Part shown: in pieces, positions 30,815 through 38,762 of the stretch | Layout of the letters: every line of letters begins with the position of its first letter | Numbering within the stretch: position 1 is the first letter of the stretch | From: Anaerolineales bacterium | Lineage (GTDB): Bacteria > Chloroflexota > Anaerolineae > Anaerolineales > Villigracilaceae | DNA length: 64,000 nucleotides | Reading direction: 5' to 3' | Assembly (NCBI GenBank): GCA_016789205.1 | Contig: JAEURF010000001.1 | Location: forward strand, 16,779 to 80,778 | Translations under genes and position numbers: made by a program | Notes under the pieces: model-generated | What the model saw: the letters and a program-made list of their open reading frames with translations, nothing else | Databases searched by the model: none | Told to the model about the DNA's origin: nothing

Positions 30815-32788
30815 CTAAGCCTGCCGCCAATCGATTAGCTCTTCGTGTTGGAGCGTAATTTTCTTTAATACATCTTTTATGATGGACTGCTTGCGACTCA
30901 CCTGTATTACCATCGTGTCCATTGCGCGAGTGAGAGGTATCATGAGCCATCTCGCAGCAAGCAATTTGGCTTCCGAGTCATTTGAGTTATTTGATCTGAT
31001 TTGATTTAGTTTAGTTAAATAAAACTCGTCCAGTCCATACAATATCGTAGACCAACCTTCCAGTCCACGACAAGACTCGTATTGAACAATTCTCAGTTGG
31101 TCGTTATCTGTTGGATAAGAATCTCTTCCTATGGAAAGAGTACCATCCCACGTCTTTATGTTCCAGCTTTGAAGCAGTCCTGGAACATAATTTGCATTGA
31201 CTAAGGAGGATATAGATAATTGTTGACTCATGGAAGAAGGTATACAAACCAAGAGATCTATAGGCTCATTTCCCGCTTGTTTCGCACTATTCATGATTTC
31301 ATGAATTAATTCTTCAGTGGATTCAAGTTTATCAGTCTCGAAAATTACTATTCTCCCGCCTGGGACCAGCTGATTTGGTTCCCACTCAGATTGTTGTAGA
31401 CCAAATTCTCCGGCAAAAGACGTGATACATGATGTAAGGCCTGCCTTCATCCGCAAGCATCGTCGCAACGGCAATATTCTATATTGTTCTTTCTTTAGAT
31501 CACCGCGCCAATCAGCTGGTATGTCTTCCCGAATTAGTTGATCTATCCCATCCGCAATTGTAAAAAAATTATAACCAAATAACTTAAAGAGTATATCTCG
31601 CTCGTCACTTGGCCAATCTTGACCTTCGTCGACAAAAATAAAATCCCAGTCAAATTTGTATGCTTCAGATTGCAGCATTGTTTGAATATCTTCGTATGTA
31701 ATTACGCCTGAAGACAATAGTCGCAGTATTTCTTTTTTGTGTTCGGAATATTTTTCTAGGAATTCACCTTCACCTGCCACGATAACTCCCAGCGTTTTCA
31801 TAATTTGATAGAAAAAACTATAACTTGTCTGAATTTGGATGCTCTTTTCCGCGGCAACATCACCAATTCCCATGATTGTCATTAATCGTCGTAAGTCTGC
31901 AACTAGTGCGCGATTATAGGTAAGTACTAATATTCTTGAAGCTCTTTCGTCATATAGGTGCTTAGCTAATTGCAAAAGACTAATTGTTTTCCCTGTACCG
32001 CCTCGACCACGCAATATCATTAGCTGTTTGCCAACCAATGAATCTAGGCCAAGCTCTAGGGAAAGTCTTTGATTTATTTGCTCCATTCGCCGTCGATCCA
32101 TGTTCGTTGGAGTAATTTCCTTGGTGAGCATCAACGCGATATTTTCCAACATTTCACGGGATTCGAGGTCAGAATTAAGTGTCCATTGTCCGGCATATCG
32201 TTGGGGTGCGTGAAGTTGTCCAGCAACATTGATGAATAACAACCAATTCGCTTCGCTTCCCAATATGTTATGTGGTCGGTTTGGGAGATCTACGGAAGGA
32301 ACGTTTCTCAGCCAAATTAACGGCACAATCCATGGGACTCGTCTAAAGCCTTGTAACCTCAAATAATTGATAATGGATTGCTTTTGTTCTTCATTTTGAT
32401 GTGTGGCATTGTGCCATTTCTTTGATGTAGGATATTTAACCTCTACGTTTGTGCCCGTAAAGCGAATGTTAGGGGAGGAGTGTTCTTTTACCTCAATTGC
32501 AAAACAAAAACTCTCGACAACAATTTCTTCCGGCAACTGAATCTCGCCATTAGGATTGATAAATTGTAAAAAGGGTTTATAAGTTATTCCGGACTTAAAT
32601 ACGCCTAATAGAAGTAAATCGACATCTCGCACACGTTGTCCATGGCATTTTATCCCCACTAATATGTAAATATGGTCTTCTGTACTATCTTTTAGACTTG
32701 GCCACGCTTCGATGATTAGCTGCTCAAGTTTGATGGCAGCCTGATATTCACTATTGTTTGGGTCAATGTGTCCGGAAACACGGATCAT
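30815..32788 (-). CDS. NERD nuclease fused to SF1-like helicase
   Basis: RDVDLLL...AIEVK PD-(D/E)XK motif; GRGGTGKT, LTYN, FVDEGQD, GLE and LTRA helicase motifs. Confidence 0.85.
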   Translation of the reverse strand: MIRVSGHIDPNNSEYQAAIKLEQLIIEAWPSLKDSTEDHIYILVGIKCHGQRVRDVDLLLLGVFKSGITYKPFLQFINPNGEIQLPEEIVVESFCFAIEVKEHSSPNIRFTGTNVEVKYPTSKKWHNATHQNEEQKQSIINYLRLQGFRRVPWIVPLIWLRNVPSVDLPNRPHNILGSEANWLLFINVAGQLHAPQRYAGQWTLNSDLESREMLENIALMLTKEITPTNMDRRRMEQINQRLSLELGLDSLVGKQLMILRGRGGTGKTISLLQLAKHLYDERASRILVLTYNRALVADLRRLMTIMGIGDVAAEKSIQIQTSYSFFYQIMKTLGVIVAGEGEFLEKYSEHKKEILRLLSSGVITYEDIQTMLQSEAYKFDWDFIFVDEGQDWPSDERDILFKLFGYNFFTIADGIDQLIREDIPADWRGDLKKEQYRILPLRRCLRMKAGLTSCITSFAGEFGLQQSEWEPNQLVPGGRIVIFETDKLESTEELIHEIMNSAKQAGNEPIDLLVCIPSSMSQQLSISSLVNANYVPGLLQSWNIKTWDGTLSIGRDSYPTDNDQLRIVQYESCRGLEGWSTILYGLDEFYLTKLNQIRSNNSNDSEAKLLAARWLMIPLTRAMDTMVIQVSRKQSIIKDVLKKITLQHEELIDWRQA

Positions 32789-32947
32789 ACAACACACCCT
32801 CCAGAAGTCAAAAAAACAATTACTGGGATTTTACACCATCCGGCGAGCAATCTGCAGTTTTAAGTGGCTTCTATCAATGCACAGGGTATAATAATTCTGG
32901 GCAACTGGTTGCCCAGAACTTGGTTGACGATCATTAAGGCTAAAAAG

Positions 32948-33385
32948 TTGATTATTAAAGCTAATATAGAATATGTTGACCTTATTAAAAAGATCGCTGA
33001 TGCCAATCGTCACGAGTTGGGTTTTACTTTGCGTATCCAAATTCAAGAGGCAGTGGAGCAAGACCGAGTTCTTGTCAGCCTAATTGAAGGCAAATTAGTC
33101 GGATTTCTAATATATCGCCATCGGAAGAAGGATACGCAGACGACATTAGCTGAAATATGCATTAGTAAGGAGTTTCGTGGAGAAGGTATAGGAAGAGAAC
33201 TTGTAAATGCATTGATAAATGAAAGTAAGAAAATGTCCCGGTCCTATATTCAACTTAAATGCCCTGTTGGTTTGTACGCCAATGAGTTTTATAAACAACT
33301 TGGTTTTCATTGCATAGCAACGCAGCCGGGAAAGACGAGAAGCCTAAATGTTTGGAGAATTCAAATAGATAAGGCAGAGGATTAA
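32948..33385 (+). CDS. GNAT acetyltransferase
   Basis: FRGEGIGREL acetyl-CoA-binding motif and ANEFYKQLGF; TTG start at 32948 inferred; stop overlaps the next ATG. Confidence 0.9.
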   Translation: MIIKANIEYVDLIKKIADANRHELGFTLRIQIQEAVEQDRVLVSLIEGKLVGFLIYRHRKKDTQTTLAEICISKEFRGEGIGRELVNALINESKKMSRSYIQLKCPVGLYANEFYKQLGFHCIATQPGKTRSLNVWRIQIDKAED

Positions 33386-34383
33386 TGGAATTCGTTGCAT
33401 CAATGACACATCGAGCAGATGAGTTAAGGAAAATTGCTCATCTTTGGGAGACATCCGGAGACAAACGTCAACCATTTTCCCGTACCATATTTACTCCCTT
33501 ATTCGCTCGCCCAAGTGTAAGCACTTTAATGAAAGAGATGTTTGAATTACCAGGCGGGGTTATTTTTGACTCTGGGGGATATTATGTTCAACAGGGAGTC
33601 GTTACTTACGAATCACTATATCAAAAATTAATGGAATTTTACATAAGTAATCAATGGGCTGACTGGTATGTATTACCCGACTACGTACCTACCTCCTCTC
33701 TATCAGTAGAGGAAGTAGATAGCAGGGTAAAAGCTACTGTGACCATTAGTAAATTATTTCAGACCGAGATGCCGGAAAACCTTCGGAAGAAATGTATACC
33801 CGTAGTACAGGGCCATACTTTGGAACAGATTTTATTGTGTGTAGAAACTTATGCTGAAATGGGAGTTTCGTATGTCGGATTTGGGAGCTTTGGGACTAGC
33901 GGAGATAATAATTCAATCAATACCATTACCCGACAATCGATCCAAATGATAGAGTTTCTAAAACGCCATACTGAGAAATACGGTTTGCGGGTTCATTTAT
34001 TTGGGATTGGGACGCCAACAGTATTGCCACTATTTCGCGAACTTGGGATTGATAGCTTTGATAGTTCCTGTTGGAGTCGAACAGCAGGATATGGAAATGT
34101 TTATTTGCCTTTTATGGGACGTCGTAATATTACGGGCAGAATGCTTCGTGAAATTGGAGGAGAGGCATATACTAAAGCAAAATTTTTAGAATTACGGGAT
34201 GCTTCAGGACATGATTGTCCATTTTGTAGCGATGTTGATAAATTAATTTCCAACCGTTTATATCAAATGATGCACAATTTATATGTTTTGCTTGACACTG
34301 TAGATTTGCTAAATGCAGGGAAGAACTTTGTACCTGAAATTGTTGGTGTGCAGAAATCTCGTTATTCAAATTTCCGGAAATAG
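33385..34383 (+). CDS. tRNA-guanine transglycosylase-family protein (DpdA-like, probably DNA-acting)
   Basis: FDSGGY, LPD, PVVQG, HLFGIG, DSFDSS (catalytic Asp) and Zn site HDCPFC...HN; lacks the TP.FMP start of housekeeping Tgt. Confidence 0.88.
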   Translation: MEFVASMTHRADELRKIAHLWETSGDKRQPFSRTIFTPLFARPSVSTLMKEMFELPGGVIFDSGGYYVQQGVVTYESLYQKLMEFYISNQWADWYVLPDYVPTSSLSVEEVDSRVKATVTISKLFQTEMPENLRKKCIPVVQGHTLEQILLCVETYAEMGVSYVGFGSFGTSGDNNSINTITRQSIQMIEFLKRHTEKYGLRVHLFGIGTPTVLPLFRELGIDSFDSSCWSRTAGYGNVYLPFMGRRNITGRMLREIGGEAYTKAKFLELRDASGHDCPFCSDVDKLISNRLYQMMHNLYVLLDTVDLLNAGKNFVPEIVGVQKSRYSNFRK

Positions 34384-34390
34384 ATATACA

Positions 34391-35212
34391 ATGTTGAAAC
34401 CCACAAGTTTTCATGTACGTCATGATCTGCAACCTGTATTAACGTATGAGCTCTTGAATTTGTTTTTGTCTAAGCCAGAGGGACAGACCCAAGAAGAGTT
34501 AGAACATTCCGCAAATATTTATGGATTTCGACTTAGAGAACGTAAAGATTATAGTAAATTAATAAAATCTCTCATGGAACTTGACGTTTTGCGTGAAGAA
34601 GATGACAGATTTCTGCTTACTGATAAAGGTGAAATAATATCTCGATTGATTATTTATCAACGCGATTTGCTTGCTGAATTTATTCATTTTCTATATTATT
34701 CCAGTTTTGATCTAGAGCCCAATAAACGCTTTTCATGGAGTTACAGAACAGTTTGCGATGCACTGTGGCTTTCTGCTCCAAGTGTTATCAATCGTGACAG
34801 TCTAGTGAATCATGTTACCAGAGAAGCAGTTACAATATTTGAAGAAAACGGAATTTCTTTTAGTGCTTCCAGTGTTTCTGGGGTGATTAATTGGTTGGTT
34901 GAGTTAATTCCTAATTGTGTTGTTGTTCATGGAACAGAGCAACAATTCGTTCGCCGAGAGTATTGTTCAATCGAACTTTTTACTCTAGCACTAAACCACG
35001 AATACAGAAGGAAAAGCGCAGTCGATCTTGCTTATGTAACAATCGATAGTTCGTTTCGTGAAGAGATTTGCAGATTATGCTTAATAAATCCGGATAAGTT
35101 TTCGGAAATGCTTTCACTTGCTGAAGCTAGCTTTAATTGTGTAGATGTACGCCGCGAGCGTGGCGATAAGATATCTATGTCAAAATTCGAGTGGAATTCT
35201 TTGGAGAATTGA
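34391..35212 (+). CDS. Hypothetical protein, possibly tandem winged-helix
   Basis: LIKSLMELDVL...FLLTDKG wHTH-like wing; 7 nt after the TGT gene and 7 nt before the ATPase. Confidence 0.7.
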   Translation: MLKPTSFHVRHDLQPVLTYELLNLFLSKPEGQTQEELEHSANIYGFRLRERKDYSKLIKSLMELDVLREEDDRFLLTDKGEIISRLIIYQRDLLAEFIHFLYYSSFDLEPNKRFSWSYRTVCDALWLSAPSVINRDSLVNHVTREAVTIFEENGISFSASSVSGVINWLVELIPNCVVVHGTEQQFVRREYCSIELFTLALNHEYRRKSAVDLAYVTIDSSFREEICRLCLINPDKFSEMLSLAEASFNCVDVRRERGDKISMSKFEWNSLEN

Positions 35213-35219
35213 GAAACTT

Positions 35220-38200
35220 ATGCCACATTCTATTGAAGGTTTATCAGTTATTGCGAATAAGGCTCCAGTGGTTGGAACACATGTTGGCGGCTTCAGTGCG
35301 ACAAGCGTAAAACAAACCCAGGAAAGGTATAGCAAGGAGGCACTGACATATGTGCGTCCCAAGGAGATTTCTTCATATCAACAACGTTTCTTGGATCGCT
35401 TACTCCGAAAAAAAACGTCGATAGGATGTATTGTTGCTCCATTTGGATACGGCAAGACCAGTGCGGCTATAGATACATGGCAAGTTTGCAATGAAAATAA
35501 AATTTTAACCGTTCTGCCGTTCAGCTGTAGTTCGATCGCAGAGATGGGAAAGGCAATTGCGACGGGTATAGAACATAGATTAGGGCATAGCTCTCGGGGG
35601 GCAAAGAAAGTCAGATCTGCCTACGAATCCTATCTGGTCTCATCGGCCAAACGGCTAGCTGAACAAGACACAATTAACTATAAAATAAATTATGACACGG
35701 CCTTGCGTAGCATAGAAGACAAAATCGAGCGGGGTTATCTTCACATTGATGCTACAGGCAATCATCTCTTGGGTTTCTTTGAGGAACTCACTCATATAGT
35801 CGTAGAATCTGGTTTTGATGGATTGCTGATCATTGTTGATGAATTTCAACAGTTTCTTGGAAATATCAATAAAACTGTAATTACTAATTTTCGTACCTTG
35901 GTCTGGGGGTTGAGAACCCGTGGCACTTTGCCCCTCGGCTTATTAATTACTATGGATCCAGATACCGAGAGGAATTTGTCAGAACGAGCGGGAGATATAT
36001 TGCATCGAATAAAAGAGGATAATTTATATCTTGATTTTACAGATGCTTACGAACGAGAATTTGCATCACTCTTATGGACGAAATATGCTCAAAATTTCCA
36101 GTTTACGGGAAAAAATTCAAAAATAGTTGATAAGGCAACTTTAGATTCTATTGGTCAAATCTGTGAACGCCATGATCTTAGTAATGGCCCACGTACCGTA
36201 ATAGACATCTTTCAAAGAATTGCTCATCTCTATTCAAAGCGTCAAAGATCTTATACTCCGGTTGATCTTATCGATGACTTTTTAAGTGGGGATATACGCT
36301 TTGATGGTGACCGGAGTAAGATAGCTTCACTCGTAACTGAACTCACTAGTTATGAATATATAAAAACCTCTTCCAAAAGACTCCAAGCCCTTAAGCTGAT
36401 ATCAGCCTTTCCACGAGGTTGCTCAAAAGAGGTCGCTGACGCCTATGGATTAGGCAATGTGTTGACGGAATTATCCGATGCACTTAGAGGGGAAGTACTT
36501 ACCGAATTACCTGAAGGTATCGCCCTAATAGATTTACAACGCGTGGGCAAACCGCAGAATAAATTAAACATTATCCTTAAGAAATATTGGATGCAGATCA
36601 CCGAGGGTGAAATTGTTACGGATCGCGCAGTCGCTCTGTTTGCCCAATATGCGATTTCTGCGATTTTCCCACCATTTCGAAATATATTATCTGGATGGAG
36701 TAGAGAAGAACCTAACTATCGTCTTACTCCATCTGGTAGCTATACACAAATATATGAGGGATCTTTCTTTGAGGACTTTCCTCGAAGACGTATCGCAATT
36801 GAAATATGTAGAAAAAAAGATCAAATTTCACGACCTGAAGACTCGTACGATTTTCGTTTTGTATTTGTTTTACAAAGATCTACGGAAAACAATACTGAAC
36901 CTATATTTGACAAAAAGAATAAGACCTTTATTCTGGGATTAAGAATCGACTTACCTTTCGGTATACCCATGCCACGTGACCTTCGTTGGATTGAGGATTA
37001 TCTTAGACCAGTTGAGATGTCACCAGCGGTGGTTTTATCTCTGATTGATTACATAAACTCTCAGGCGCCTAAAATTGATGATGTTACCGAGGGCGAACTT
37101 CAAAGGATTCAGGCATATTCGAAGAAGCTAAATGACTTCCTGATCTCTGTTATGTTTGGTCCGGAGTTGTTTGCAAGTCTTGGAATAAATTTTGTTTCTA
37201 GAGGAGAACAGGCATTAAAACAAGCCATTTTTTATGTACTAAAACAGATTTATCCAGATTACCAAACCCTTATTAGTTCTAATCAATGGGAAACGATATG
37301 CAAAACCTATATAGATGCACTAAAGAAATCGAATCTTGCTCAGACGCGTGGCTTGGAACGTCTCGAAGGTGAGAAGTCTGAGATAGCTGCGGTTTTTGGT
37401 TTTCGAAATCACGCTGGATTTGAAAGCCAAATTAGGCAATTTCATAGACTTGCAGTTCTTGAAGATTGGATAGGTAGTCAAGGGGCCATAAGATTTCAAA
37501 GTCATATTGGGGAAGGCGTTGTCCTGAAAATAATAACTGATAAAAAGAACCTCAAACAAGAAGCTTTATTTCAAGAAGCGAGGAAGTTTGGCTATCTTCC
37601 TGAAGAAACTCATTATTTATTGGAATATTTGTTACTCCGTGGATATATAGAAAAGGACAAATATGGACATTTCAAGGCTGCTCAGACTTTGTCGAAAGCT
37701 GAGCTGGTCAAAATAGCAAGAGACAGTGAAATCGAAGCATCAGAAATGGTCAGTCTTGTCAAATTCCCAGATTTAGAAGATCTGATTTCTCAAAAATTAT
37801 CCAAAGTAAAAGACATGTCCAGACTCACAAAAACACAAATTCGAATTTTAGAATTTCAGCGAAGGGTTCAGTCTTTACGGCCAGTCATCATCAAGGAAAT
37901 TCAAGGTTTACTTGGAAAATATCGCTCGGATCTATACGAGAAGAGTGACTTACTTAATCAGGAGATTCCAATTTCATCAACGGGCCTGTTTATTGATGCA
38001 CATATTAATGGAGTGCAACGAAAAATTATTCTAAAATCCAAAGTTATGCTCGATAAGTCAACCAAACTATCTACAACTATAAATGAGATGCTGAAGTTAT
38101 TATCAAAGCGGGATTTAACATCTACTATCGTTGAAGATATTCGTGAAAACAAAGCTTTGTTTGTTGAAGCGGACAAAAGTATTGCTGAACTTCAAGAGGT

Positions 38201-38675
38201 CATTGAGTTAATCAATCAGCATATACAGTGGGTTCAGTTAGCGGATTATTTGCTACTGATAAAAGAGTATATTGAAACATTAAAGCCCTACGTTAATGTA
38301 AATCCCTTTGTCACTCGGTATGAAGTAATTGTCCGAAAGCTGATGGAGGCGTTATCTGTGAAGGGCATTAACATATACTTTGATCTGTATCGTGAATATT
38401 CAGTGAAAGTATTGAAGCTTTACGATGAAATTGCGATCGCAATAAAGGCTGCAAAGATCAATGATCAGATGCTTGGAGGACGAATACTGAATAAAGCTTC
38501 CCATCTGGAATCTGGCCAAACCTTATTAAAGGCTTTGCGACGAAAAAATGTTTTGCTGAAAGACATTGTTCAAACTGGCAAATGGGATGCGGAGAGGTTA
38601 TTGGGTGCTTTGATTAGTCTCGAAGATGATGGGAAAGTGAAATTATCTATCATTTCAGGAAAGCCAGATAGATAA
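35220..38675 (+). CDS. Large P-loop ATPase with helical/coiled-coil C-terminus
   Basis: APFGYGKT Walker A, LIIVDEFQQ Walker B, GPR sensor; about 1150 aa. Confidence 0.85.
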   Translation: MPHSIEGLSVIANKAPVVGTHVGGFSATSVKQTQERYSKEALTYVRPKEISSYQQRFLDRLLRKKTSIGCIVAPFGYGKTSAAIDTWQVCNENKILTVLPFSCSSIAEMGKAIATGIEHRLGHSSRGAKKVRSAYESYLVSSAKRLAEQDTINYKINYDTALRSIEDKIERGYLHIDATGNHLLGFFEELTHIVVESGFDGLLIIVDEFQQFLGNINKTVITNFRTLVWGLRTRGTLPLGLLITMDPDTERNLSERAGDILHRIKEDNLYLDFTDAYEREFASLLWTKYAQNFQFTGKNSKIVDKATLDSIGQICERHDLSNGPRTVIDIFQRIAHLYSKRQRSYTPVDLIDDFLSGDIRFDGDRSKIASLVTELTSYEYIKTSSKRLQALKLISAFPRGCSKEVADAYGLGNVLTELSDALRGEVLTELPEGIALIDLQRVGKPQNKLNIILKKYWMQITEGEIVTDRAVALFAQYAISAIFPPFRNILSGWSREEPNYRLTPSGSYTQIYEGSFFEDFPRRRIAIEICRKKDQISRPEDSYDFRFVFVLQRSTENNTEPIFDKKNKTFILGLRIDLPFGIPMPRDLRWIEDYLRPVEMSPAVVLSLIDYINSQAPKIDDVTEGELQRIQAYSKKLNDFLISVMFGPELFASLGINFVSRGEQALKQAIFYVLKQIYPDYQTLISSNQWETICKTYIDALKKSNLAQTRGLERLEGEKSEIAAVFGFRNHAGFESQIRQFHRLAVLEDWIGSQGAIRFQSHIGEGVVLKIITDKKNLKQEALFQEARKFGYLPEETHYLLEYLLLRGYIEKDKYGHFKAAQTLSKAELVKIARDSEIEASEMVSLVKFPDLEDLISQKLSKVKDMSRLTKTQIRILEFQRRVQSLRPVIIKEIQGLLGKYRSDLYEKSDLLNQEIPISSTGLFIDAHINGVQRKIILKSKVMLDKSTKLSTTINEMLKLLSKRDLTSTIVEDIRENKALFVEADKSIAELQEVIELINQHIQWVQLADYLLLIKEYIETLKPYVNVNPFVTRYEVIVRKLMEALSVKGINIYFDLYREYSVKVLKLYDEIAIAIKAAKINDQMLGGRILNKASHLESGQTLLKALRRKNVLLKDIVQTGKWDAERLLGALISLEDDGKVKLSIISGKPDR

Positions 38676-38762
38676 CTAAAGCCTACACACAAAACTGCAA
38701 TCATTTCGCTAACAGCGTTTCGCTGATTTCGCTGAATAAAAACTTAAATCTTATTTTATGAA

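Noticed and set aside
33385-34383. Housekeeping queuine tRNA-ribosyltransferase (tgt)
   Set aside because: It lacks the TPxFMPVGT N-terminus and the C-terminal helices of bacterial Tgt, has an altered Zn site, and sits among defence genes.
21165-38675. Canonical dpdA-K cluster or DISARM
   Set aside because: No recognisable DGQHR, SNF2, RecQ, PLD or methyltransferase gene in the locus, and DUF1998 is fused to the helicase. This was judged by eye only.
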